DNA of 64,000 nucleotides from a virus: the IMG/VR virus record IMGVR_UViG_3300038393_000864, positions 1-64,000 of that record; one strand, written 5' to 3'. This document shows positions 26,201 through 34,752 of this stretch, piece by piece (the first letter of the stretch is position 1; each line of letters begins with the position of its first letter). The notes beneath the pieces are model-generated. The model saw only the letters and a program-made list of their open reading frames with translations, was not told the DNA's origin and searched no databases. Both the position numbers and the translations under genes were made by a program.

Positions 26201-29180
26201 TGAGATTGAAAAATCCCTCAAGAACGCATTTGGAGCAGGTGGTGAAGCTGCTGGTAAGATGTTCAGGGCATTCGCAGAAGGACAGGCAGATCAAATTGAT
26301 TTGATTGATAAGATTCGTCTTGTAAAGACTAAAGACGGCTTGTCTGACGAGGAACGAACAAAACAAATCAACGAGCTTCAATTGCAAGGTGCTCAGAACC
26401 AACTTGGAATGTATGGCGATATGGCAGGCGCTGCATCGATGTTCTTTGAGAAGGGCTCTACAGGCTATCAGGCAATGGCTAAAGCCGCTATGGTCTTGCA
26501 CACTGCCGAAGTTGCTCTGTCCTTGATTAAAGGTGTCAATGCGATCCTGACGCAAGGTGAAGGTGATCCGTACACAGCATTTGCCCGTATGGCTGCAATG
26601 ACTGCATTGGTTGCTGGTCTTGGTGTTGCTGTTTCTGGCGGTGGTAGTGGCCCGATGACATCAGCAAATCAACAAAAGGTACAGGGTACAGGCACAGTGC
26701 TTGGCTCCCCCACTATCGTTAACGGTGTTGATGTCAGGCTAGTTGGTCAGAAATCTGAATCGATTGCCAATTCGCTGAAAATCGCTGAGAAGAATTCTGG
26801 CCTTGGCCTTGTTGTGCAAAACGATATGCTTGATGCTTTGAGGAAACTCAGCAACAGCATCTCAAGCTTCGCAATTTTGGCTGTGCAGAATAGTGGCCTG
26901 ACTGGATATACGGCTAGCAATTCGCAATCGTTTGGTGGAAAAGGCATTGCATTGGCAGGCGCAGCAGCAGGTGGTGTTGGTGGAGCAATGCTCGGCACGT
27001 ATCTTGGTATGGGTATGGCATCAATTGGCGGACCTCTTGGCCTAGCCATCGGAGCAGTGCTCGGCTCTCTCCTTGGTCACGGCATCGTTGGAAAAGCCAT
27101 GAGCAGCATCTTTGGCGGCTCTAAGAGTGTCGATGATACTGGCCTAACAATTGGCAAAACATCACTGGGTCAAGTAGCGTCTGGTGGTCTGACAGGTCAG
27201 CAGTACACAAACATTACAACAAGCGGAGGTTGGTTCCGCAGCGATAAACACAACACAGAAACACAGTCGCTGGGCTCTGAGTTCAACGACCAAATCACCA
27301 AAGTTGTTTTGAGCATGGAAGATACACTCAAAACAGCAGCAGTTGGGTTAGGTGTGGGTGGCGATGCATTCGACGAGAAACTGAAAAGTTTTGTTGTTGA
27401 CATTGGCAATATCAGCTTGAAGGGTATGACAGGTGATGAGATTCAAAGCACATTGATGAATGTGTTCTCCAAGCTTGGTGACCAAATGGCCCAATTTGCA
27501 TTCTCTGATCTTCAGAAGTATCAGAAGATTGGCGAAGGGTTGATGGAAACTGTGGTGCGTGTTGCGAATGATCTTCAACAAGTGAAAGATGTGTTTGACT
27601 CTTTGAGCAAAACCATCCCGGCTGCTGTAGATGCAATTGCAACATCTGAGGCTTTGATTGAACAATTCGGCTCTGTCGACAATCTGACGAAGGGTGTTAA
27701 GAGCTACATTAACGCAATCTACACTGAAGAGGACAAACTCGCTCCAGTGACTAAATCTGTCACCGAAGCAATGGGCAAGCTCAACCTTTCTGGAGTACAA
27801 ACAAAACAGCAGTTCAAGCAAGTTGTCGATAGTATCGATCTTACAACTAGTTCTGGACGAGATTTGTTTGAAGCTTTGATGAACATTGCCCCTGCGTTTG
27901 GACAGGCTGTAGATGCAGCCAAAAAAGCAGCAAACGACTTAGCCAGCAACATTCTTTCTGACGTAGATACCGCATTCAACATGCTGTCGAAAATGGTATC
28001 GAAGCAAAAAGATGAAATCAGTAATGCGGCTGATGCTGCTAAAGAGGCCGCTCAAAAACAACTGGACGCTGCAAAAGATGTGCAAACGGCTGTTCAAACG
28101 GTCTTTGATGCTATCTCAAATGCTTTGAAGGGGACCATTGACGATTCCGCCGCTGTCACAAAAGCAAGAAGGCAAGAGGCACAAGCGTATATTGCTGTCG
28201 CAACTGCCTCCGCTGCTGCGGGCAATGATGTGTCGAAGATGGGTGGTTTGCAAGATGCTCTTGACTCGTTGTCTGCGCCGTCAAAAGACATGTACGGCTC
28301 ATACCAAGAATATGCGTTGGATCAAGCAAAAACTGGGTATGCGCTTACAAAATTGCAATCGGCAACAAAGGGCCAGTTGGATTATGCAAAATTGACAGTT
28401 AGTAAGCTGGATGATACAATCAAGGCAATTGAAGATCAAAAAACCTCACAAACAAAGGCTTTAGATAACATCCTCATAAAAGCACAAGATCAGATTGATG
28501 TGCTTAAAGGTCAATCTTCCTCTCTGCTGACAATTGCACAAGGTATTGCTGCACTCAATAATGCAATCCAAAAAGGGTACAGCAACACAACTGTGGCAGG
28601 AAACTCTGCAATCAACACTGTTTATCAAAACGCACTAGGTCGCCCAGCAGATGCGGCAGGGGCTGCATATTGGAATAGCCAAATTGCTAATGGCGTGCCC
28701 ATTAAAGATGTTACGAAGGCAATTTCCACTTCAGACGAAGCTCGCGCTGCTGTAGAGCAATTGTACAAGAACATTCTTCATAGAAGTTCTGATATGGCAG
28801 GGATGGACTTCTTCCTCGATGCACTTTCAAGAGGTAGTAATCTCAACGACATTGCAGCGGCGATGAAGGATAGTCCTGAGTACAAAAACCTTCCATCCTT
28901 TGCTGTAGGCACTAATAACCTGCCGGAAGACATGATAGCTCAGCTTCACAAGGGAGAGCGTATTATTCCTGCGGCTGACAACGCTGCACTTCAGCGTAAG
29001 TTAGACTCATCGGATGATAACTCTGCCAGTGTTGCAGAAGTGTCTGCTAAATTAGATCAACTAATTACTGTGGTAGTTAGTGGCGATGTTAGTAACGCGA
29101 ACATGACACGAGAGCTTGTTAAAATCATTAAGCGTTGGGACACTGAAGGTCAACCGGAAACACGCGACGTAGTGGCGTAA
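23238..29180 (+). CDS. tape measure protein (1980 aa) with C-terminal DUF4214-like repeats
   Basis: Long coiled-coil-rich ORF with Gly-rich hydrophobic segments. VYQNALGRPADAAGAAYWNSQI and LYKNILHRSSDMAGMDFFLDAL repeats. Confidence 0.9.
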   Translation: MALEASVLTVRVQSDGIENTTKALNDLAAAGEKAEKKTSNIGSGAQASAKAQVDAAQQAASAYNAIIDMMTEKSNTFYQDKAMKAAMAAQQELFDGMSMMDKLWAHAEETRQKEAAARAKEAEDIRNRQAQQLADATAASEKALAIQFDAYQKQKQMEANAQAKGDALNQAGQRAADYAKLQADIKALKEETDKLRAAEKAEQEQREKIDYADWIARGKAAAQATREQEAALSAQQKAESQAKAEGEAFVKMLERRAATVGMTTKQIREYNLELLRNEAAEKGVSAAAAEHINQLGKARGAHESLNFLTAGSARELMVLGHELSQGQFQRFGGSLIVLGERINFIPGALERAGQAAAALGVSTGMVVTGFLAALAAVGAFVYAIYKGSAEQREFNAALILSGNYAGMTADNMESMAQSVGKANGSIGAAKKTIVELAGSGKFTADQILLISDAVVAVEHATGKSGETMIGEFEKLATMAITSSKRSYDEISRHVMELNDKYHFLTAAQYDHISALDKQGKSQEAANEAEEAYANAMKRRADEIQENLGSIQRAWIHVKEVASEGWDAMLGIGKKVTPQDEIDRLKGVLETMDSRPAWFSGRGQGGGAQKQFDESRLRIVMALTAAVEEKNKADAAAIKQGQDLRDQQAGIHAMSRNDAIMQQVSKQSAGERALAEEKVNNELAKRAIALDKLSQDPEIVKKALESEKKYTDEAIADREKKITEFYAKKGPKPHTEGMSGLDKEINELNEQYEVQKRAMDNKIKLIDFQNKYGLMEDEKAQSEKEDLLDQELKLEKDHLQKALDAIKAFHTEDVRLKNDAASKKTNIQKQLDKVMSDIALKQKENDLVPDVNLAAEQVKQQKEQDNILKQIEKQTASVQAQVDAYNNLPDAVKAVGVRQKEMASEVEQARIDSLEVEKEKLLNMDAMYTIVNQRRIDQIDKEIAARQKLKGVDVAKEANDKQNNAALNRSTELTKIATQQVRMWKDIGSEIEKSLKNAFGAGGEAAGKMFRAFAEGQADQIDLIDKIRLVKTKDGLSDEERTKQINELQLQGAQNQLGMYGDMAGAASMFFEKGSTGYQAMAKAAMVLHTAEVALSLIKGVNAILTQGEGDPYTAFARMAAMTALVAGLGVAVSGGGSGPMTSANQQKVQGTGTVLGSPTIVNGVDVRLVGQKSESIANSLKIAEKNSGLGLVVQNDMLDALRKLSNSISSFAILAVQNSGLTGYTASNSQSFGGKGIALAGAAAGGVGGAMLGTYLGMGMASIGGPLGLAIGAVLGSLLGHGIVGKAMSSIFGGSKSVDDTGLTIGKTSLGQVASGGLTGQQYTNITTSGGWFRSDKHNTETQSLGSEFNDQITKVVLSMEDTLKTAAVGLGVGGDAFDEKLKSFVVDIGNISLKGMTGDEIQSTLMNVFSKLGDQMAQFAFSDLQKYQKIGEGLMETVVRVANDLQQVKDVFDSLSKTIPAAVDAIATSEALIEQFGSVDNLTKGVKSYINAIYTEEDKLAPVTKSVTEAMGKLNLSGVQTKQQFKQVVDSIDLTTSSGRDLFEALMNIAPAFGQAVDAAKKAANDLASNILSDVDTAFNMLSKMVSKQKDEISNAADAAKEAAQKQLDAAKDVQTAVQTVFDAISNALKGTIDDSAAVTKARRQEAQAYIAVATASAAAGNDVSKMGGLQDALDSLSAPSKDMYGSYQEYALDQAKTGYALTKLQSATKGQLDYAKLTVSKLDDTIKAIEDQKTSQTKALDNILIKAQDQIDVLKGQSSSLLTIAQGIAALNNAIQKGYSNTTVAGNSAINTVYQNALGRPADAAGAAYWNSQIANGVPIKDVTKAISTSDEARAAVEQLYKNILHRSSDMAGMDFFLDALSRGSNLNDIAAAMKDSPEYKNLPSFAVGTNNLPEDMIAQLHKGERIIPAADNAALQRKLDSSDDNSASVAEVSAKLDQLITVVVSGDVSNANMTRELVKIIKRWDTEGQPETRDVVA

Positions 29181-29182
29181 TG

Positions 29183-29209
29183 GAAGGGGCTTTAAGCCCC
29201 TTCTTTTTT
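29183..29209 (+). terminator. rho-independent terminator after the tape measure gene
   Basis: GAAGGGGCT-TTA-AGCCCCTTC followed by TTTTTT. Confidence 0.8.
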
Positions 29210-29222
29210 AACTAAGGATATT

Positions 29223-30389
29223 ATGAAAATTGTTAAGCCATTTGTTGTGGGAAGTTCCAACCTACTCTCTACAACTGTTGCGGAGAACGACGCACCCGCG
29301 TATAACGCGACTACTGCATACACACTTGGTCAAAAGGTAATGGTGCAGAGTGCTCATAGAGTTTATCAATCCCTCCGAGGCGGCTCAAGTGCCGTTCAGA
29401 TTACATATGCCAGCCCTGCTGTTGTAGTTTGGTCAAAACATGGCTTGGCTAACGGCACTGCTGTAACCTTTAGCACAACTGGCACAATGCCTGGGGGGAT
29501 AACAGCAGGCACTACGTACTATGTGGTTAATGCAGATACTAACACATTTAATATCGCTGCCACGCTGGGTGGAACTGCAATAAACACTACCAGTGCTGGC
29601 AGTGGAACGTTTACAGGTTATGACACTCCAAATATCGGCAAAGACCCAGCCACTAACCCCACTTGGTGGCTGGATTGTGGGAGCACAAATGCATGGCGCC
29701 CATTTGACTCCTTAGTACAAACACAAATGATCGCTGATGATTCTGCATCATTTGTGGTGAGTATTCCTTCACAAATTGATACGGTTGCGCTACTCAATTT
29801 GACTCCCGGCACAACACAAGTGACAGTGGAGGTTGAATACCTTGCAGACTCGTCTACGGTGTACTCTAACACTATGAATCTGTATAGGGATGAGAAACCC
29901 ATTACAAATTGGTACGAATATTACATCACGGATTTTCGACAACAACAAGATGTCGTATTGAATGATATTCCGCCATACGTCAATGTTAATACTACTGTAT
30001 CCTTATCTGGAGGTACAGGGGCTAAAGTTGGCGTAGGTGCTGTCATATATGGAAAGTCCAAAGACATTTCTAGCGCTAAGAGCGGTGTTGAACTTGGCGC
30101 CAAGATGAGTATCACCGACTACTCTGTGAAGACCACAGACGAATTTGGTAATTACACGATTACACCAAGGGCTTTCGCTAAGCGTGCGAATTGGGACGTG
30201 TGGGTAGACAATAATGACTTAGATTTCGTTTATAACCTTCTTTCATCTATTAGGACGACACCCATCTTATACATTGGCAGCGGGAAGTACAGCACTCTGT
30301 CTATTTACGGGTTTTACAAATCGTGGGAAGTTTCTGTCTCCTACCCAGACGTCAGTGTATGCTCTTTAGAAATTGACGGACTCACTTAA
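29223..30389 (+). CDS. distal tail / minor tail protein (putative)
   Basis: 388-aa ORF with an AAGGA SD, first gene after the tape measure. Confidence 0.6.
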   Translation: MKIVKPFVVGSSNLLSTTVAENDAPAYNATTAYTLGQKVMVQSAHRVYQSLRGGSSAVQITYASPAVVVWSKHGLANGTAVTFSTTGTMPGGITAGTTYYVVNADTNTFNIAATLGGTAINTTSAGSGTFTGYDTPNIGKDPATNPTWWLDCGSTNAWRPFDSLVQTQMIADDSASFVVSIPSQIDTVALLNLTPGTTQVTVEVEYLADSSTVYSNTMNLYRDEKPITNWYEYYITDFRQQQDVVLNDIPPYVNVNTTVSLSGGTGAKVGVGAVIYGKSKDISSAKSGVELGAKMSITDYSVKTTDEFGNYTITPRAFAKRANWDVWVDNNDLDFVYNLLSSIRTTPILYIGSGKYSTLSIYGFYKSWEVSVSYPDVSVCSLEIDGLT

Positions 30390-30407
30390 GTAATAACAAG
30401 GATTATA

Positions 30408-32201
30408 ATGGCAATTACACCTCTACCAACACCGCCTTCTAGGCAAGACCCCACAAATTTTCCTAACAGGGCTGACGCTTTTTTCTCTGCGCTCCCTAAT
30501 TTTGTAAACGAGATTAACAGCACTGTAGCTGACAAGTATGTTTCCAACTATACAGACTTGCGGGCAGTTGCGTCTAACGTCTCATCGGTTTACGTTTCGG
30601 GTTATAGTGCCACAACTGCACCGTCTGGTATTGCAGGGTTGTTTGTGCGGGATGATAGCGATACGACAAGCGCAGATAACAACGGCACGATTATTGTTGC
30701 TTCCAACGGCAAGCGTTGGAAGCGCGTATTTGACTCTCTGGTTAGTGTCCGTTGGTTCGGCGCCAAAGGCGACGGTGTTGCCGACGACACATCTGCCATC
30801 CAGGCAGCTATTACCTTTGCCCGGACTTCGCCCCGCTTCAGGGCGAGCGGAATCACTGACACGGGGTCGCCCTATTTCACTCAAACATCTTGTCTGTTAT
30901 TTCCTCCAGGTGCGTACATTATCACGGCGCCCCTTTGGTTTGGTGTGGATAGCGGAGTAACTGGTTGGGACGCGTCTAAGATTGTAGAAACTGTCTCGGG
31001 GTACGGCGCGGTGTTGGTAGGTAAAACTGGTGGCAAACCTGTGCTCGACTTAACAGGTGCGTTCGGGATGCGTATTTGTGGACTGTCGATTTTCGGCCAT
31101 GTCGCATCTGCACCTAATATCGGCATCCTTACCGCACGTTCCGGCAATGCATCAGAGGACAATCCCTCTGCTGGACTGCACCGTTTTACCGATGTCAACA
31201 TTCATGGCGACTTTACGTTAGCTTGTGCCTACAATTACGCATCCGAGATTAACGAATGGATCGGCTGCTATATGTACCAGAACAGCGGCAAATACGTCTA
31301 CTATGGCACTAATAACAACGCCCGCCACGCGGTAACTAGTGATCATTGCACGATTGCGACATCCGTGCAATCTGCTTATGGGGACACATTTATTGGAGGT
31401 TCTTACAAGTCAAGCACTGCTAATACTACTGCTAACGGTGCTGTCTTCTGCATTGAGTCAATGGACTTCGGCCCAAAGATTGAAGGCGTGTACATAGACA
31501 CTTCAGGCTCTGTCACAATGCCTAGCTTGTGGTTGAGGAATGCACAAGGTCTTACTAGTGCTAACACGACATCATTCAATCAAGGGGTTGAAGTAAGTGG
31601 TTGTGTTTTCGAATACCGTGCCAATCAAGACATCGTTTTAGTAGATAGCGATCATACTGTCATTGACCTTACTATGGAAGGTAATTCTATGCCAGTAAAC
31701 TCCGCTGGCGGACGTGTTCACCTTAATGTTTCTGCATCAGGTAAAGTCAAAAATCTGCGCGCACAGCATACAGATGGCGGTACACTGGGCGATCCATTTA
31801 TAAGTGGCGGCACAGGGGAGATTTACGGGCCTGAGGTTGGTGTATTCCCTGTACGTTCTGCTCTGGCAGGAACAGGTTGGCAATACGTGGAAGGCGATCT
31901 TACTAGGGATGGAGCGTTCCACACACTAAACCTCAATGCAGACTTTGGAATTCCTACAACTGCACGGTTTGTTGCTGTCAAGATTGCTGCAAAAACCACT
32001 GCTGCTGCGGATGCCAATACACTTCAATTGAGGGGTAATGGTGTTGCTAACCCTGCGCAGTACATGGAAGTCACTCCTCCAGTTTCAAACATTGCAGTCC
32101 AGTTTGAAGGGTTGGTCCCAGTTGTTGCAGGAAAAATTGATTATCTTATTCCTGCCAACTTCAACGTGGCTAGGATTCTTATTAGGGAATACCACCTGTA
32201 A
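30408..32201 (+). CDS. tail fiber/tailspike with pectate-lyase-3-type beta-helix domain
   Basis: VSVRWFGAKGDGVADDTSAIQAAI is the typical N-cap of Pectate_lyase_3/GH28-like tailspikes. The N-terminus PLPTPPSRQDPTNFPNRADAFF is fiber-like. Confidence 0.75.
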   Translation: MAITPLPTPPSRQDPTNFPNRADAFFSALPNFVNEINSTVADKYVSNYTDLRAVASNVSSVYVSGYSATTAPSGIAGLFVRDDSDTTSADNNGTIIVASNGKRWKRVFDSLVSVRWFGAKGDGVADDTSAIQAAITFARTSPRFRASGITDTGSPYFTQTSCLLFPPGAYIITAPLWFGVDSGVTGWDASKIVETVSGYGAVLVGKTGGKPVLDLTGAFGMRICGLSIFGHVASAPNIGILTARSGNASEDNPSAGLHRFTDVNIHGDFTLACAYNYASEINEWIGCYMYQNSGKYVYYGTNNNARHAVTSDHCTIATSVQSAYGDTFIGGSYKSSTANTTANGAVFCIESMDFGPKIEGVYIDTSGSVTMPSLWLRNAQGLTSANTTSFNQGVEVSGCVFEYRANQDIVLVDSDHTVIDLTMEGNSMPVNSAGGRVHLNVSASGKVKNLRAQHTDGGTLGDPFISGGTGEIYGPEVGVFPVRSALAGTGWQYVEGDLTRDGAFHTLNLNADFGIPTTARFVAVKIAAKTTAAADANTLQLRGNGVANPAQYMEVTPPVSNIAVQFEGLVPVVAGKIDYLIPANFNVARILIREYHL

Positions 32202-32215
32202 CCAAGGGACTTTAA

Positions 32216-32500
32216 ATGGATTATTCTGTACTCATTGGGCCTGTACAGGCCCTTTTAGGGGCGTTGTGTATTGTATTGTGGTTCCTGTTGACAGAGACAA
32301 AAAAGAAGGCTGAAAAGGTTGAGGCAGAGCTTGCGCAGTTCAAAGTAGAAGCAGCCACTAACTTCACGACAAAGCACGAGATGCGTGCAGCTATCGAGTC
32401 TCTTAGCAAGGTAATTGAAATGCAAGGGAACCGCATTGAAAATCGATTCGACAAGATCGAGGAACGTCTTAGTAAGATTCTTGACAACAGGGAGCACTAA
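32216..32500 (+). CDS. membrane-anchored coiled-coil protein (holin or i-spanin-like, lysis cassette)
   Basis: One N-terminal TM segment (LIGPVQALLGALCIVLWFLL), then a charged helical region. Sits immediately upstream of the endolysin, overlapping it at the TAATG stop/start junction. Confidence 0.6.
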   Translation: MDYSVLIGPVQALLGALCIVLWFLLTETKKKAEKVEAELAQFKVEAATNFTTKHEMRAAIESLSKVIEMQGNRIENRFDKIEERLSKILDNREH

Positions 32501-33042
32501 TGGACATCACATTTGCACAACTTACCGCCATTATGCCATTTGCCAAGGGACGTGCAAGTGTTTTCTTGGCTCCGTTGAATGCTGCTATGGCAGAATTTGA
32601 GATTAATACGCCGTTGAGGGTAGCAGCGTTCCTAGCCCAAGTGGCTCACGAATCAGCAGAGCTTCGTTACACAGAGGAGATTGCTTCTGGAGAGGCGTAT
32701 GAAGGTCGGAAGGACTTAGGCAATGTGCATCCCGGATGGGGCAAGCTGTACAAAGGAAGGGGGTTGATCCAGACAACTGGGTATTTCAATTTTCTTAAAA
32801 CGATGATGGCACTGGGGATTGATTGTGTAGAGCATCCGGAACTGCTATCCCTTCCTGAGAATGCTTGCAGGTCAGCAGCGTGGTTCTTCAAGGATCGTGG
32901 ATTGGCTATGTTAGCAGACTCTGAGGATTTTTTGACATTGAGCATCCGTGTGAACGGAAAGAACAAAGTGACAGGTTTGCCGAACGGATGGGTAGCAAGG
33001 CAAGCTTACTTTAAGAAAGCAAGAGAGGTATTGAAATGTTAG
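32500..33042 (+). CDS. endolysin, glycoside hydrolase family 19 (chitinase-like)
   Basis: AAFLAQVAHESAELRYTEE..YKGRGLIQTTGYFNF is the GH19 catalytic signature. Confidence 0.88.
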   Translation: MDITFAQLTAIMPFAKGRASVFLAPLNAAMAEFEINTPLRVAAFLAQVAHESAELRYTEEIASGEAYEGRKDLGNVHPGWGKLYKGRGLIQTTGYFNFLKTMMALGIDCVEHPELLSLPENACRSAAWFFKDRGLAMLADSEDFLTLSIRVNGKNKVTGLPNGWVARQAYFKKAREVLKC

Positions 33043-33527
33043 AGAAGATGAAAACCCTCTGGGCCGTATTTCAAGCCGGAAAGTCTGTTGCAGACCCGGC
33101 AAAGTGGAAACTTCATCAAGTATCAGCTAATGCCATTGCAGCATTGCTGTTCGCTGTTGTGCAACTGGGAAGGGCCTTCGGCTATGATTTCGGAATTGAT
33201 ATGCAAACTTGTGCTGATATTGCAATTGGTATTCTGGCCATTGCAAACGTTGGCCTCACCGTCGCAACAACCAAGCACATCGGACTGCCATCGGGAGCCG
33301 TACGAGAAACCGAACAGACTGTGCAAAGCGTACAATCAGCAAATATCTCAGTTGACACACTTGACGAGTCAGCACCCGTGCAAGATGTCAATGAAACCAA
33401 TGCTGGACAGCCAACTACTGGCACAATTGATGAAGCAACAAGACGGCGAGCAATCGAGTGGGTTAGATTCCACACAGCCGTCAAACCTTCTATCGACAAC
33501 AGCAACGGACTTGCATCTGACGCTTGA
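33036..33527 (+). CDS. two-TM membrane protein (putative holin/lysis accessory)
   Basis: Hydrophobic segments AIAALLFAVVQLGRAF and IAIGILAIANVGLTVA. Overlaps the endolysin stop. Confidence 0.55.
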   Translation: MLEKMKTLWAVFQAGKSVADPAKWKLHQVSANAIAALLFAVVQLGRAFGYDFGIDMQTCADIAIGILAIANVGLTVATTKHIGLPSGAVRETEQTVQSVQSANISVDTLDESAPVQDVNETNAGQPTTGTIDEATRRRAIEWVRFHTAVKPSIDNSNGLASDA

Positions 33528-33576
33528 AAGCCTCAAAGGCATTGACATTGTTTTGAAATGTCGACTATACTAAAAA

Positions 33577-33607
33577 GCGTGAGACAACCTTAGCTCGGTC
33601 CTCACGC
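33577..33607 (-). terminator. terminator for leftward transcription
   Basis: GCGTGAG..CTCACGC 7-bp stem, followed by TTTTTA on the minus strand. Confidence 0.55.
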
Positions 33608-33644
33608 TTTCCTTGAAGCAGACTTGGTAGAGTCGCTTACCTTC

Positions 33645-33676
33645 GCCCCTCCACCTCTTGGTGTTGGGGCATTTTT
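33645..33676 (+). terminator. terminator for the rightward late operon
   Basis: GCCCCTCCACC-TCTT-GGTGTTGGGGC interrupted stem, followed by ATTTTTATTT. Confidence 0.6.
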
Positions 33677-33678
33677 AT

Positions 33679-33975
33679 TTACGCTGCTTTTTGGACCGGT
33701 GCTGACTTGACAAAGGCACCAATGAGATTGTAGTGATCGACCGTGTTACCTACGATCAGTTTTACCAACACTACCAGATCATCAAACGGGATTGGTGCGC
33801 TCGTGCTCTCGTAGAGAGACTTTACAAAGCTGACAGCAAGTTGCATTTTCTGTTCACCAGTCACATGGATACCTTTTTCCTTGTTTTCAATTGCGATTGC
33901 TTCAGCTTGTTGGACTGCACCTGCGATGATTGGTACGAGGGTCAGGATGACTTTGCCGATGGTGATAAAGTTCAT
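33679..33975 (-). CDS. small N-terminal-TM protein, LL-H-type holin-like (putative)
   Basis: TM segment IGKVILTLVPIIAGAV, then GEQKMQLAVSFVKSLY, which resembles the Holin_LLH family. Has its own promoter. Confidence 0.55.
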   Translation of the reverse strand: MNFITIGKVILTLVPIIAGAVQQAEAIAIENKEKGIHVTGEQKMQLAVSFVKSLYESTSAPIPFDDLVVLVKLIVGNTVDHYNLIGAFVKSAPVQKAA

Positions 33976-34101
33976 GATGTTTAGCTTTCCTTAAATTAGC
34001 TTGGTAGATTTACTGTTTGTATAAACGCACTTCACGGCCTTACGGCTCTTGTTGTTGGCAGATTCGGAGGGAACAACATGTTCCGAATCAGCACGAATGT
34101 A

Positions 34102-34131
34102 AGTGTATGCCTACGTGTTAGTTTGCGTCAA
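34102..34131 (-). promoter_or_regulatory. sigma70-type promoter (TTGACG-18-TACACT) with structured 5' leader
   Basis: Minus strand: TTGACG at 34131-34126 and TACACT at 34107-34102. The leader contains the ATTCGGA..GAACA-ACA-TGTTC..TCCGAAT hairpin (34061-34087). Confidence 0.5.
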
Positions 34132-34212
34132 GCAATATCTGTGAGAAATCACGTGTCATAAAAACGACATATACATAATCTTGTGACATTGTTTCGCAGA
34201 CAACATACATTG

Positions 34213-34479
34213 TCACTCGTCAACGGCTTTGCTCAGAGCGTCAAGCGCTTCAGCTTGAGCTACGATGTCTTTGGTGTTGGCCTTGTAGCGGGCCTTGATA
34301 AATGCAGTCAGCAGCTTCTTGTCCACTTTCAGTGCTTCGGTAGCTTCTTCCATCAGCGCTTTAAAGTCCTCTTTATAAGAGTCCTGTTCTGCCAGCACGG
34401 AAATGCCACGCTGAAGGAAGCCAGTGAGTTTCTGTACATCGATGGTTGCCATATCGAGGCTGATAGTTTTCTTGGTCAT
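34213..34479 (-). CDS. hypothetical protein, weak GapR/DUF2312-like pattern
   Basis: 88 aa with an AAGGAGAAAC SD. The helical pattern L.GFLQR..AE.D..KEDFKALMEEA..KKLL.AFIKARYK.. is a weak match. Confidence 0.6.
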   Translation of the reverse strand: MTKKTISLDMATIDVQKLTGFLQRGISVLAEQDSYKEDFKALMEEATEALKVDKKLLTAFIKARYKANTKDIVAQAEALDALSKAVDE

Positions 34480-34497
34480 TGTTGTTTCTCCTTAAGG

Positions 34498-34734
34498 TTA
34501 CTTATTAATGGGTTTCGGCACGATAACAACCTTGCCGTATTTAGTTTGTGTGAGAAGCTCGGCGGCAGTGTTTCTAAGCTGATCTTCCCAAGGGGCCATC
34601 ACAACAACCATCCCCTCCTCCTCGTCAGCAGTAACAACTTCCGAAATCTTCACACCGTCAAGGTACGTCTCGTAAGCTGTATTTGGTGCAAGGGTTGCAA
34701 AACCGGGATCATTCTCGAAAATCGATACTCTCAT
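34498..34734 (-). CDS. hypothetical protein (78 aa)
   Basis: AAGGAGAAATATAT SD before the ATG. Confidence 0.6.
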   Translation of the reverse strand: MRVSIFENDPGFATLAPNTAYETYLDGVKISEVVTADEEEGMVVVMAPWEDQLRNTAAELLTQTKYGKVVIVPKPINK

Positions 34735-34752
34735 ATATATTTCTCCTTAAGG

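Noticed and set aside
24579-26555. Several 170-230-aa minus-strand ORFs inside the tape measure gene
   Set aside because: They are antisense frames kept open by the biased Ala/Glu/Lys codon content of the tape measure gene. They have no SDs and implausible compositions.
32474-32500. AAGATTCTTGACA string just before the endolysin start, resembling the rightward promoter class
   Set aside because: No acceptable -10 hexamer lies at 16-18 nt (ACATCA at best), and it is inside the coding end of the upstream gene. It is kept only as a possible weak internal promoter.
33615-33640. tRNA D-arm-like string GACTTGGTAGAGTC
   Set aside because: No T-arm (GTTCRANYC), anticodon arm or acceptor pairing can be built around it. 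I found no tRNA anywhere in the window by eye.
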